In this document: piece after piece, positions 39,258 to 52,528 of the stretch
Position numbering within the stretch: the stretch's first letter is position 1
How the letters are laid out: the number at the start of each line of letters is the position of its first letter
From: Felis catus
Lineage: Eukaryota
Length of the DNA: 64,000 bases
Reading direction: 5' to 3'
NCBI RefSeq assembly: GCF_018350175.1
Contig: NC_058368.1
Coordinates: forward strand, 143,966,001 to 144,030,000
Notes under the pieces: generated by a model
Told to the model about the DNA's origin: nothing
Databases searched by the model: none
Seen by the model: only the letters and a program-made list of their open reading frames with translations
Made by a program: the position numbers and the translations under genes

Positions 39258-40101
39258 TTTTTTGAGAGAGAGTGCCTGCATAAGTTAGGGAGGGGCAGAG
39301 ACAGACAAAGAGAATCCCAAGCAGGCTCTGAACTGTTCAGTGTGGAGCCTGACTCAGGCCTTGAACCACAAGATCTGAGCTGAGCCAAAGCTGGACACTT
39401 AACCAACTGTGCCATCCAGGCACCCCTAGCATCCCACGTTTAAAAAAAATTGTTTTTTTTCATTTTTAAAACATTAAAAAAAATTTTTTTAACTTATTTT
39501 AGAGGGAAAGAGAGCACAAGTGGGAGAGAGAGCTCAAGTGGGAGATTAGAGAGAATCCCAAGCAGGCTCTACATTGAACACGTAGGCCCAATTCCATGAC
39601 CCTGTGATCATGACGCAAGCAGAAACCAAGAGCCAGTCGCTCAACCCACTGAGCCACCCATCTGTCCCTCCACATTTTTTATTTGTAGATCTATGAAATA
39701 TATATAATATATACCTGTAGACATTTGTCTTCCATGATGTAACTATAAGATTTATTAAATTCTTATTTTTGTCTATCTTATCAACTCATATTTTCTCAGT
39801 GAAAAATCTCTACCAATATAATAGGCTTCCCTTTTTTGTTATACTAAACACATTTCTATAAGTCATCTAGGAGAAGCACTTTCCATACACTTAAGCCATG
39901 AAACTGTTTGCTTTTTTCCAAACAAAATTTTATGATGACCTGTTTTACAGTGTGAATTTAATTTATAATGTCAAATTATAGCATATATTTTTAGCAAATC
40001 AATCCGCAAGAACAAGGAGACTGTTTTATTTTATTTTGTTTTATCTTATCTTATTTTTTATTTGAGAGAGAGAGAGAGAGTGTGAGTGGGGGAGAGGGGC
40101 A

Positions 40102-40155
<54 letters not shown>

Positions 40156-40277
40156 CTTAACCAGGCTCCATGCTCAGCATGGAGCCCAACATGGGGCTCA
40201 TTCCCACGATCCTGGGATCATGACCTGAGCCAAAACCAAGAGTCAGATGCTCAAATGACTGAGTTACCCAGGAGCCT
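39100..40277 (-). mobile_element. CanSINE cluster
   Basis: SINE bodies at ~39105, 39217, 39480 and 40023, with (GA)n tracts. Confidence 0.8.
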
Positions 40278-41807
40278 GTAAAATAATATTATTTTTAAAA
40301 ATTGGTTTTATATGCGCTGTCACAATGAAGTAAATACATCTGTTAGATGTTAGGGACACTTACAAATAGAGACAGTGCTAGAATTTTGTAGTAACGTAGA
40401 AATGATGGAAGACTAAAATGCATCATTTTGTTTTGTATAAAGTGTAAAGTTAAACAGCAGAAGAAGTGGTGTTTGAGAAAAATATGGACGAAAGCAGCGT
40501 TTTTCTAGGGCTAATTATTCTCCACTGAGGCAAGTCACTTTTAAGTACTCTTTCTAATTCTCAGTAAATTATGAGGTTTTCCAGTCTGGCTGGTAGGAAT
40601 AGGCACCACTCCTGGCCCTGGGTCAGCCCTGGCTTCTGTTCTGCTGAATCCTAAGTACCTGCCAGCTACAGATAGTATCATCAAATACCTACCCTTATCA
40701 ATCCTCAGTGGAATCTTTGAGGGGGCCCATGTGCTAATTTCTGGGGTTCCTTTTCTGTGCAACCCTGTACTCTCTGGTACTCTGACCTACACACTCTGGC
40801 TGCCTGTCTCTGTAATTTGGGGAGTCCACCAGGCTCTTCCTGGGTGCTTCCTGTCTACACTGTGGCCTAGAAATTCTCAAGTCAGAAAGCTTCAAAAACC
40901 TAGGGTTCACTTTGTTATTTGCCATCTCTCAGGGATCACTGGCTTTCATCACCTGATGTCCAATGTCTTGAAAACTGTTTTGTCATTGACAACTATTTTT
41001 ACTTGACTTTTTGGTTGTTTTAGATGAGAGAATAAATCCAGTCTCTGGGACTGCATTTCAGAAGCTTTGAACATTAATCCTCTCTCCTTTTCTTTACTTT
41101 TTTACTCTCCATAAAAGGGGGGGAGGGGGAGGAGACTGATTTTTGCAATCCAAAAGATAGAAATGTGCCTTAAGAATTAAATACTTGGCTTGAGGAATCC
41201 CTGTAAAATTTCTATTATTAGTTTTCCATCATCCTGAAATTCTCTAGATAACTTGCCTTTTAATATTTTCACTTTTAGTTTTAAAATCCAGGATTTCACA
41301 TTATTTCATTTGATACAACTTTAAAAAATTTTAATTCCAGCATAGTGAATACACACTGTTATGTTAGTTTCAAGTGGACAATACAGTGATTCAACAATTC
41401 TATACCCTACTTAGTGCACCCATTTGATACTTTCATATTTCTTTTTTTAAGTTTATTTATTTTGAGAGAGAGTGCGCACACACACACGAGTTGGGGAGGG
41501 GCAGAGAGAGAGAGAGAGGGAGAGAGGGAATCCAGAGCAGGCTCCATGCTGTCAGCACAGAGCCCAATGAGGGGCTTGAACTCACAAACCATGAGGTCAT
41601 GACCTGAGCTGAAATCGAGAGTCAGACACTTAACCACTTGAGCCACCCAGGTGTCACCATAAAACTTTTAAGATGTAATTTTGGGCTGCCAGATCCTGTT
41701 CATAATGAATGTTATGTGCATTGTCTAACAGAAATTATTCTTTGTTAGAGCAACTAACACCAACTAAATAACACCACTTAGAAACTACTTAACTGATTCT
41801 TTCTGAC

Positions 41808-41939
41808 CTTTTACTTTTTGGTTTTGAATCAAGAGCATTTGGAGTCCCTTGCAATATTCAGTTAAAGAGAAGCTTATTGCTGAGGAAATATACAATTTTT
41901 GTAAGGTTGTCTTTGGAGAGGTAACAGATCTTGAAGTAT
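41808..41939 (-). pseudogene. Pseudo-exon, 132 nt, symmetric; open in phase 1 (TSRSVTSPKTTLQKLYISSAISFSLTEYCKGLQMLLIQNQKVK)
   Basis: Acceptor tttttcttgtatttaacattcag| and donor AAG|GTCAGA; length divisible by 3. Confidence 0.55.
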
Positions 41940-42799
41940 CTGAATGTTAAATACAAGAAAAAAATTATTTTCTTGTCCTTCCTCTTTTGACTCTTTTGCC
42001 AAATTATTGAAGTGTAGAAAACCTTAGAAATTTGGGATTGAGGGCATAGATAGGTGAGTACTTCCTGCTTTGCTAACACAATGTCAGCCATGCATAAAGT
42101 TTTCAACCATTAGAGAGAGAATGTGTAGATTCCCTAAGTACTCTATATACATTTCATTATTTCACATGAAGCCTTTGAATGACATGGGGCTGTAATTATT
42201 ACTCCACTGTAGAGATGTAGAAATTTAGGCCCGGAGAAGTTTAAACACTTTCCCAAGATGATATACCTTAGTTAGTGGTAGAGCCAGATCTTAAACCCAG
42301 GTCTGCTGACTCCTGACCTAATGCTAGATCTTTAAAGGATGCATTGTTAACTCCTGACTGGAATGCTAAATGCCTTAAAACCATGCCCTTTTGAAAAGAA
42401 AGTAAATCTCAGCAAAAAAGGTCTTAGAGTAAGTAAAACAGGATTAGTAGCTATATTCTTAGAGGCAACACTCAATCATGAGAAATTATGGTAAAGTCTT
42501 CCATAGAAGTCTCTAAAAATAAGATATAAAATAAATCTATCTATTTTGTAATGAATATACTTTATAGTCACTAGAAGTCTAGAAAATAATTCTATAACAA
42601 GTCCCGCATGAAAGAATTTGATGCTTATACCTTATAAGCATAGACTAAAATGGTGAACAGAATGTCCCCAATAAATGGTAGAAATCAGATTTTTCTTTGA
42701 AAGTAAAATGTATTATCAGTTGTTAAGTGAGTATCAAATGAAGGATCCTTTATTTTTATCACATTTTTGGTGAGTTAATCAGAACTAAACTCCATGTAC

Positions 42800-42854
42800 C
42801 TTTACTTTGCATTGGGATAAACAATGGTATAGAATTAACTTCTGATCACTTGTG
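42800..42854 (-). pseudogene. Possible pseudo-exon, 55 nt
   Basis: Branch ctaat with acceptor cccttatattag| and donor AAG|GTACAT. A phase 0 to 1 reading fits between the 43376 and 41939 exons. Confidence 0.4.
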
Positions 42855-42943
42855 CTAATATAAGGGATTAGGGGCACAAGTATTTTAAAAACATCATCAT
42901 CCAAGAAATCTTTTTTTTTTTTTGCCTTAAAAATATATGATGA

Positions 42944-43160
42944 GAGGCACCTAGGTGGCTCAGTTGGTTAAGCGTCTGACTTCAACTCAGGTCATGATCT
43001 TAGAGTTTGTGAGTTCTAGCCCTACGTCGGGCTCCATGATGACAGCTCAGAGCCTGGAGCCTGCTTCAGGTTCTGTGTCTCCCTCTCTCTTTGCCCCTCC
43101 TCCGCTTGTGCTCGCTCTCTCTCTCTCTTTCAAAAATAAATAAACATAAAAAAATTAAAA
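42944..43160 (+). mobile_element. CanSINE
   Basis: Head, (CT)n body and A-tail. Confidence 0.9.
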
Positions 43161-43283
43161 ACTATATATGGTAAGACTGCAGACTGTGAGGTGTTTTACT
43201 CCCCCCCCCCCAAGGGGAATGAAATCATAGGAAGCTTGTGTTTTACCCAATTATATATTGTAAATCATTTGTCATTTCTTAAC

Positions 43284-43376
43284 TTATAGCAGCCAGTGCT
43301 GGAAGGGATTGGCAGCAGTTGGGTGCCAGGCAGCAGCAAAAAAAGAGTATGGAATGTTAATTTCTTACAGAAGATC
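43284..43376 (-). pseudogene. Pseudo-exon (DLL*EINIPYSFFAAAWHPTAANPFQHWLL*)
   Basis: Acceptor tttgtactttgcag| and a degenerate donor. 'AANPFQHWL' resembles the recalled RGSL1-type 'AGNPFRDHL' RGS-like helix start. Confidence 0.55.
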
Positions 43377-44789
43377 CTGCAAAGTACAAATCTACATGCA
43401 GATTACACCCAAGTGTTATTTGTGAAATTAGGTCAAATTCCTTCTGATGATTTGTAACTATTGAAGGTGAATGCCAGGGCTCAAGGATTTGACAGCAAAA
43501 AGAGGAAAGGTAGGCCTGTGTTTCGCTTTCTATTTCAAGTAAAATTTACTCTTTCCTCATCTGTTGTTCATTCCCACTTGAAATCCTGGCCTTAGCACTT
43601 CTTTGGGTCACACTTTCCTTTCTGGTTTCTTCGAATTAAAAAAGATATTTTTAATGTTTATTCATTTTTGAGGGAGAGAGAGAGAGAGAGGGAGCGAGCA
43701 CACACATCTGGGGGAGGGGCAGAGAGAAAGGGAGACAGAATTCGAAGTAGGCTCCAGGCTCTGAGCTGTTAGCACGGAGCTCGACACAAGGCTCAAACCC
43801 ACGAACCCAGATCATGACCTGAGCCAAAGTCAGACACTCAACCGACTGAGCCACCCAGGTGCCCCCTTTCTAGTTTCTTTGGACATGGTTCTTAAAAAAT
43901 ATTGTACACACTTGTGAGTGTATGCCCTCAACTTTGTGAGCAAATAAAATAATTGTAGGATGCTTTTTGGGTTTAAATCTTGCAGTGCTTAAGAACTGGC
44001 TCCATGTATCTTCTGTTTCTCAGAGGCATGTGACAGTTTCTCTTAGGAAGTAGCTTCCTCCGTTCAAAACAGGGGTTCAGTAATTAGATAAAACAACTGC
44101 TTTGGTTTTGTTTCTGCATTTTTTGTGGAATAAATGTAAGTGACTATTCCGGTTTAACTTCATAATGGAGCTCAATAGATACTGAAACATATGATTAGTT
44201 TTACATGATAGAATTAACTCATTGATTCAATATTGTTTCCATGGTTCAAGTGACAAATAGTAGTTGAGATGACGTTTGAAGTCATGTACAATTGTTGACC
44301 TAATCAAACAGTTTTCTATGCTTAGACTTAATATGTCCTAAATTCATGTATCTTTCACGTGGTCCTATAATTACTATGTAAATATATAATATATAATAAA
44401 ACCTATTTGTGCTTGTTAAAATCATAAGGATGAGCAAACACTGATTAATGTGAAGGTGGGCATGCCGTATGTTAGAAAAATGGAATGGGATAGAGGAAAT
44501 TGCTTGTATCAAGCAGATGTGTGTGAAGCCAAGCCTCACCACGTATAAGCTACATAATCTTGGTCAAGTTCTTTCATTTCTCTGGGCCTCGGTTTTCCCC
44601 TTTGATGAACAGGGATTAGTAACTACCTTACAGGTGATCTTGAAGATTTGAGAAAACATTTGCAAAGTGTCTAGCTCAGTATCCAACCCGTGATAGGGAT
44701 TCGCCCAAATGGAAGCTGCTATCCCTAATCTTGCGAATGAACACATAGACTATGCTTCTAAACATACTTCACTTTCATTTATTACTATT

Positions 44790-45238
44790 AATTTTTTTTT
44801 AAATTTTTTTAACGTTTATTTATTTTTGAGACAGAGAGAGACAGAGCATGAACAGGGGAGGGTCAGAGAGAGGGAGACACAGAATCTGAAACAGGCTCCA
44901 GGCTCTGAGCTGTCAGCACAGAGCCCGACGCGGGGCTCGAACTCACTGACCGCGAGATCATGACCTTAGCCAAAGTCGGCCGCTTAACCGACTGAGCCAC
45001 CCAGGTGCCCCTATTACTATTAATTTTTAATGTTTCTTTATTTTGAGAGAGCGAGAGAGTGCGAGAATGCATGCACACAAGTAGAGGGAGGGGCAGAGAG
45101 AGAAGAGAGAGAATCCCAAGCAGGCTCTGTACTGTCCGCACAGAGCCCGATGGAGGGGTCGATCCCACGAACATGAGATCATGACCTGAGCCAAAACTAA
45201 CAGTCAGACACTTAACTGATTAAACCCCCAAGGCACCC
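44790..45238 (-). mobile_element. Two adjacent antisense CanSINEs
   Basis: The younger copy (44790-45011) has TSD tattactattaattttt. Confidence 0.9.
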
Positions 45239-45392
45239 TCAAACTCCACTTTTATAGAAGGTAGACAATTTTGTTTTAAACCTTCAAGGTAGCTATGAAT
45301 GCAAAGAAATATTAGTATTGGGGGAGAGTCTGGTTATAAGCATAAAACTAGAGCCAGTATTAGCAGAATGGGGCAAGAATTTGAAAGGTGGC

Positions 45393-46103
45393 AGTATTAA
45401 GGTCAAGGCAGAAAATAGAACGAGGGTATTTTACTTTTTTAAATTTTTTTAAATTTTATTTTACTTATTTTAAGAGAGAGAGATCGAGTGCAAATGGGGG
45501 AGTGGCAGAGGGAGAGAGAGAATCCCAAGCAGGCTCCCTTCTGTCAGCACAGAGTCCAACGTGGGGTTTAATCTTATGAACCATGAGATCATGACTTGAG
45601 CAGAAATCCGGAGTCAGGCACTGAATTGACTAAGCCACCCAGGTGCCCCCAGAACCAAGGTATTTTAATAGAGAAAATTTAATGTGGGGAACAAGTCATG
45701 AAAGTGATGGGAGAGCTGAGAAGGCAATCAGAAGTCAGCGAGGCAACACATTGGAGTTTACCAATAGCAGGAACTGCTCTTGCTCCAACAGCCAGAGGGA
45801 CAGAGGGAGAAGGAGGTGGAACCAGGGCTTAGGAATCCTGGAGAGAGATGGAACCATGGTGGGGATGGAGCCCTGCCTGAGATGTTACACAAAGCAAAGA
45901 GAGAAAGGAGAAATGCCTTGGTTTTCCCACTTCTCATCCTCCAAGCTCCAGTCACTGTCTTCTCAGTGGTCCATCTTAACTAGGAACCAGTTGTCAAAGA
46001 GCCTGGGAAATGCACTTGGCAGGTGTCAGGGTGCTGCAATACACAGTGGAATGGAGGAAGGACAGGGAATAAATCTGAAGACAAATAGACAAATGACCAG
46101 CAC
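45393..46103. mobile_element. ERVL solo LTR (LTR41/LTR33-like) split by a SINE (45433-45650)
   Basis: SINE TSD agaac(c)(g/a)agggtatttta. The end aaatctgaagacaaatagacaaatgaccagcaca resembles recalled LTR41. Confidence 0.6.
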
Positions 46104-47289
46104 AGTGACAGTCATGGTTATTTTCTGAGGAACTGTTGGCATGGCCTGGGACAGAATTACAGGGCAGATAGTTTATTGCTTTTGCTCTTCTCCCTTCCTC
46201 ACCAGCAGAGCCCTCACTCCCTAGATTTGGTGTACAGGAGGCCTAAAGTAGTGGGTTCCAAAACTGCGATTTGACTGGAAGGAGTCTCACAAGTGCCACG
46301 AATCAGAGTATCAGTGGTCAGGTCCAGAGCAGAAAGCTATGGCATGAAAAAAACACAGGCAAGTGGAGCATATTAGCATATTGGCCCAAGTAAATAACAT
46401 ATAGATTCTTTGTTGGCGACAGAGCAGGAATAAATGTTAGTAGAGCGATCTGCCATAGACTAGAGATGGTGGTGGTTTGCAGCAGATGGTGAGAAGTGGA
46501 TATATTGTGAGGGCGGAGCCAACAGGACTCAGTGATTGACAGATGTAAATGTGAGGGAAAAGGGAAAAAAAGAGACAAGTGAACGATGATGCCCAAGTTT
46601 ACTTTGAACAACCAAGAGTATAAAGTCGCCAGTTATCAAAATGGGAAAACTGTGAGAAGAGAAGATTCGGGAAGAATAGCCAGAATTTGGTTTTGAATGT
46701 GCTGAATTTTAGAACTTTTTGTTTTCAAAGGTCCTTTTAAAAAAACACTCTTTTTGTAACTTTTTACATAATTCAGTAGGCTCAGGACTGAAAACCAGGA
46801 AAATTACTAACTGAAAGTTGGCACATCTAATAGTGAAACCCCATCTTTCTTCCCTTCTGTGATTCTGAGAAAGCTCTTAACTGAGATTTACCCACTTCCT
46901 TTCCCCCAACCTTCTCCCCAACCCCCCTAAATTAGTATGTTACTCTTTGTGATAGTTACTTTGTGTATGTTACTCTTTGACTAGATGAAAAGAAAATCTT
47001 GGCAGATACAAATAATTAGAGATTTCCCACAGAAATATCTGAGTCCATAATTATTCCAAAGTAATTACTCATAAATCCAAAACTCTGATGTACATTTCCA
47101 TCATATTGTTAATTTCACACATTACATATGTGCGAACAAAGATCACAGACTTCCCTAGGCACAGTGTGAGGCCCTGAGAGGGACTGGGGGTCAGGAGACC
47201 ATATCTGCTCTTCAGTCTAAGAATTTAGGCAAGAATTATTCTGGGATTGCCCCTGGCACTTGATAAGCATTCCTTCAAAAATACTTGAT

Positions 47290-47770
47290 GTTCACACGCA
47301 AGCAGTATGAACATGTTCACAGCAGCAGTATTCACAATAGCCAAAACATGGAAGCAACCCCGTGTCCACTGATGGATGAATGGATAAGCAAAATGTGGTA
47401 CATATATACAATGGAATATTATTCAACCATAAAAAGGAAGGAAATGCTGACATATACTACAATATAGATGAAACTTGAGGACAATATGCCAAGTGAAATG
47501 AACCAGTCATAAGAAGACAGATACTGTATGATTCTATCTAAATGAAGTGCTCAGAATAGTTAAACTTGCAAAGACAGAAAGCATAATGGTGGTTGCCAGG
47601 GGCTGGGATATCCCTTAAACCCTAGCTCCTTCTGATCCTCTGAGATATGGAGTTTCAGTTTTACAAGATGAAAAGAATTCTGGTGATGGATGGTAGTGAT
47701 GGGTTGCACAACAATGTGAATGTACTTAGTACCATTGAACTGAACACTTAGTTATGGTTATGATGGTAGA
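47290..47770 (+). mobile_element. L1MB-type 3' end
   Basis: atggatgaatggataagcaaaatgtggtacatatatacaatggaatattattc…ggtggttgccagggg. Confidence 0.85.
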
Positions 47771-47879
47771 AAAAATATTGGGAAAAGTAAAATACTCTGC
47801 AGAAGAGGAAAGAGGAATTAATATAATGGCAGATATTCCCCAAATTGCCTTTGAGCAACAATTCATCAAGAAAAAGAAG

Positions 47880-49990
47880 TAGGGCCGTGTTTGGCTGGCT
47901 CAGTCCTTATAGCATCAGACAATCTAGGGGTTGTAAGTTCCAGCTCCATGTTGGGTGTAGAGATTACCTACAAATAATTTTTTTTTTACATGTTTATTTT
48001 ATTTTTTTAAAAAACTTTATTTTTTCAGCGTTTGTTTTTTTTTTTTATTTTTGGGACAGAGAGAGACAGAGCATGAACGGGGGAGGGGCAGAGAGAGAGA
48101 GGGAGACACAGAATCCGAAACAGGCTCCAGTCTCTGAGCCATCAGCCCAGAGCCTGACGCGGGGCTCGAACTCACGGACCGCGAGATCGTGACCTGGCTG
48201 AAGTCGGACGCTTAACCGACTGTGCCACCCAGGCGCCCCTGTTTATTTTATTTTTGAAAGAGAGAGAGAGTGTGAAAGTGGGGGAGAGGCAGAGAAGAGG
48301 AAGACAGGATCAGAAGCAGACTCCTTGCTGGCAGCAGAGAACCTGGTGTGGGACTCAAACCCACGAACCAGGAGATGACCTAAGCTGAAGTCAGACATTT
48401 AACCAGCTGAGCCACCCAGGTGTCCAAAAATAAAATCTTAAAGGAAAAAAAAAAAACTAGGCACTAAAATTGGCACAAATGGATGAAATGTACAGAAAGA
48501 ATATCAGAACAGATAAATTAGAGGCACCTTAAAGAGGATGTTTAAAATATTATTCTAATAAGTGATCAAGTATAATTTTTATATTTTTTATAAACATAGG
48601 TATATTTACTTCAGTGTGTCCAGTTTAAGCAATACTGTAATTGTAATGTTTCGCTTACCCTTGTGATATGCATTTAATTAATTAATTAATGCATTAATTA
48701 ATAATATGCATGTAGCATCTATGAACAGAATAACAAAGGAGGTCATTGGAAGTCACAGCTGCCAATGACTTATTGTAATAATGAAATCATCCTTTTTTTT
48801 TTTTTAGATTTGCTGGAGGCTTCCAAAGAAAGAAGCTTCCTCATTTTTTTTAATGTTTATTTATTTTTGAGAGAGAGAAAGTGTGCATGAACGAGCAGGG
48901 GAGGGGAAAAAGAGAGGGGGACAGAGGATCAGGAGCTAGCTGGCTCTGTGCTGACAGCAGAGAGCCGGATGTGAGGCTCGAACTCACAAACTGCAAGATC
49001 ATGACCTGAGCTGAAGTCAGATGCTTAACTGACTGAGCCACCCAGGTGCCCCCTCATTAAAAAAAAGTTTATTTATTTTTTTTTGGGGGGTGACCCCCCC
49101 TAGGTATCCATTGGCTTAAACTTTTTTTAACTGTTCTTACTAAAAATGAAATATTGCTGTGGGTGAGAGAAAAGGGAATATATAGTAATGCTGTACTTTT
49201 TGCTATTTTTTTCTGTAAATCTAAAAACTGCTTTAAAATATAAAGTCTAATAGGGTGCCTGGATGGCTCAGTTGATTAAGCGTCTGACTTTAGCTCAGGT
49301 CATGATCTCACAATTCCTGAATTTGAGCTCCACATCAATCTCTACACTGACAGATCAGAGCCTGGAGCCTGCTTCAGATTCTGTGTCTCCCTCTCTCTCT
49401 CTGCCCCTCCCCAGGTCTCTGTCTCTTTCTCTCTCTCAAGAATAAACATTAAAAAATAAAAATAATTTTTTAAAAAAAATATAGAGTCTAAATGGGACAC
49501 CTGGGTGGCTCAATTGGTTAAGCCTCCAAATCTTGATTTCATCTCAGGTCATGATCTCTTGATTTGTGAGTTCGAGCCCCACACTGGGCTCTCTGCTGTC
49601 AGCTCAGAGCCTACTTTGGATCCTCTGTCTCCCTCTCTCTCTGCTCCTCCCCCACTTATGTGTGTGCCCTTGCTCTCTGTCTCAATAATATAAAGTAAAA
49701 AAACTTCATAAAAATAATTTTAAAAATCTAATATTAAGTTTAATTAAAGAAATTTTTGGGGCGCCAGGGTGGCTCAGTCGGTTGAGCAACTGACGTCGGC
49801 TCGGGTCATGATCTCGCAGCCTGTGAGTTCGAGCCCCGCATCGGGCTCTGTGCTGATGGCTCAGAGCCTGGAGCCTGCTTCGGATTCTGTATCTCCCTCT
49901 CTCTCTGACCCTCCCCTGCTCATGCTCTATCTCTCTCTCTCTGTCAAAAATAAATAAAACATTAAAAAAAATTAAAAAAAAAGAAATTTT
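47880..49990. mobile_element. SINE-dense block (young 48025-48239 -; 48843-49053 -; 49252-49460, 49494-49700, 49757-49985 +)
   Basis: Multiple complete SINE bodies in both orientations. Confidence 0.9.
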
Positions 49991-50778
49991 TAATGAAATA
50001 ACCCTTTAAAAATATTTTTAGCTTTATAACCCTATGAAAATTTTATGGCAATTTGAGCCTTGTTGCATTGCCTTTCCTAAGAAAAATATAAAACTGCATG
50101 GGAGAAGATTATAATTGAAGAGATCATGCAATTTAACGAAAGCAGTTTATATTCGTTAGAGACTGTGTTCTTGCTAAATCTTCAATATGCAAAAGCATTC
50201 TAATTTACTTTATTCAATAGAATTCATGATGTGTAAATTAGTAATGCAAATCAAATCATGATTTAAATCTATTTGTTGATCATTTCAAAAAAGATTAAAT
50301 TGAAATTTAGAATACATTTAAATATTTGTCACTGCAGTATTGAAATCCCAAGAAGATAATTCTAAATATTTTATTAAATTTCTTAAACCTTTAATCCTCA
50401 CTCCAATATTTCTTATGTATTTACAATGACTCTCTGAAATGATCATTTTCCATTAACATTAACAGTAGAAGAAAAGAAAATCTTTCCTTAACATATTTTA
50501 TGTGGCTTATCCTAAGGGAGATCTGTCTATCTGTTATCTATCTATCTATCTATCTACCTACCTACCTACCTATCCATCCTCTCTATCACCTACCTGTTTA
50601 TACACAATAAAATAGAAATATAGAATCAATCATGAAAGAAGGTAAAAAGTGATAATAGTGATGGACTTAGTGTGATTGATCATTTGATTTGCCTTTTAAC
50701 TTCCTGGAAGCCAGTAGCAAACCAAAACAGGACCAAACTAAGTCAGGTTTCATAACTTTTAGACAGGAAGAAGCATAC

Positions 50779-50834
50779 CTGTTCCTTAAGACATACACAT
50801 CGTTCTTTCAGGTTTTAAATTCTTATAGCAATTT
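50779..50834 (-). pseudogene. Pseudo-exon, 56 nt (IAIRI*NLKERCVCLKEQ)
   Basis: Acceptor ttgtgtctattgtcag| and donor CAG|GTATGC; one in-frame stop. Confidence 0.55.
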
Positions 50835-51066
50835 CTGACAATAGACACAAAGATAAAACGAACTCACTGAGCAATGAAATGGTCTGGTTTTGCTTAATAA
50901 CAAACAAGACCAAATTTTACATCACTATGTGTTATAATAATTTTGGTAAAAGCTGGGAATATAATATTAAAACTCAAATTAGCATTGGTGATTTTACAAG
51001 GGGCTAAGTAATTTAGTTCAAGTGTTGCTTCTCAGGATGTAATTTAATCCAAGGAAAAAACATTAC

Positions 51067-51233
51067 CATAGATGATTTCTCAAGAACTATTCTCTCAACT
51101 AAGCTTTCGATATGAGTTCACCAGCAGAAAATTCAAATATAAAATCTGAGAAGCCCCCAGGAATGCAGGTATTCTGCAGCTGATGATGGGTTCTAATTGC
51201 AAGTGGGCATGGTAGAATAGAAGACCTTCAAAT
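51067..51233 (-). pseudogene. Pseudo-exon with RGS22 N-terminal-like motif (FEGLLFYHAHLQLEPIISCRIPAFLG /frameshift/ SDFIFEFSAGELISKA*)
   Basis: Acceptor ctacttatatgcag| and donor ATG|GTAATG. The motif resembles recalled RGS22 'CLSREEGI…RLPAFLESDCYFEYRLAKLVS'. Confidence 0.65.
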
Positions 51234-51996
51234 CTGCATATAAGTAGGTCATATGACTAAGTATCAGAAGACAAAACCAGTGATTTTCCTTTTCCTTAAA
51301 AAGTACATTTGAATAGCTCTAACACTTGAATAGCTAGTCACCTGCTATCTCAGTGTTCCACACCAGAACACCCACAACGATCATTTTGGTCTGAAAAAAA
51401 ACTTCAAAACAACTATAGACAACCTTCAATAACATCTCATGGAGGGGCTTCTGGGTGGCTCAGTTGGTTAGGCCTCTGACTTCAGCTCAGGTCATGATCT
51501 TCAAGTTCACAGGTTTGAGCCCTGTGCTGACACCCTGGTGCCTGGAGCCTGCTTTGGATTCTGTGTCTCCCTCTCTGTCTGCCCCTCCCCTGTTCATGCT
51601 CCGTCTCTTTTTCTTCTCTATCTCAAAAAGTGAATAAAACATTAAAAAAATTTAATAATGTCTCGTGGAGAACAAAACTGTGAGAGGTAGAGCTCAAAAA
51701 TATCTCAGTTTTATTAGGTATCTGTGTTATGTGGAATTCTTCTTGTACTTTTGAGACACTCCTATGTAGATCAGTCATTTAAACTCTACAACAATCTTGT
51801 GTTATTGTTATCTTTATTTTATAAATAACTGAACTAAGGCACAGACCCATTATATAAACTAATACTTATCCCTAGAAGGGCTTAACATTGCTCTTTGTGT
51901 ACATATAATTATGTATATGTTGCAAATATCTGTGTATATTTGTATATTTAAGGCATATCTTCATTCTCAATTATTTTTTGAAGTTTATTTATTTTT

Positions 51997-52029
<33 letters not shown>

Positions 52030-52475
52030 CGAGCGAACATGAGTAGGGGAGGGGCAGAGAGAGAGAGGGAGAGAGAGAATCCCAAGTGGGGCTCAGACCA
52101 TGAACCATGAGGTCATAATCCAAGCTGAAATGAAGAGTCAGATGCTTAACCAACTGAGCCACCTAGGTGACCCTCAATTATATTTCTAAATTCCCAATAA
52201 AGAGACATTTTCTTTCATTTCTCTTTTTAATCCTCAATAACATATAGAGAATGTGTCTGTGAAACAGCAGATATCTAATTATTTAAGTCAGTTGACAGTT
52301 TGAGGAATAAGAGATTAATCATTATGGTGATAAGCTAGTTATAATATTTTTCTCTTAATGTGGCTATCGAGTTTATGGTTTACTAACAAGCTCATACATT
52401 TTAAAAAATTTCTGTGCATTCAGATGGATAATAAAGAAGCAGCTTTGGCTAATCAAAGACAAATTAGTCACTTAC

Positions 52476-52528
52476 TTGCTCAGACATTGAAAGTAAAAGA
52501 GATATTGCAAAATAGAATAAAGGTCAAG
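52476..52528 (-). pseudogene. Pseudo-exon (LDLYSILQYLFYFQCLS+AA), phase 0 to 2
   Basis: Acceptor cactaaactatgcttacag| and donor CAA|GTAAGT. Splices in frame to the 51233 exon to give …CLSKFEGL…. Confidence 0.6.

Noticed and set aside
45643..46128. 161-aa ORF
   Set aside because: It begins in a SINE head (GTG) and runs through an LTR41-like element.
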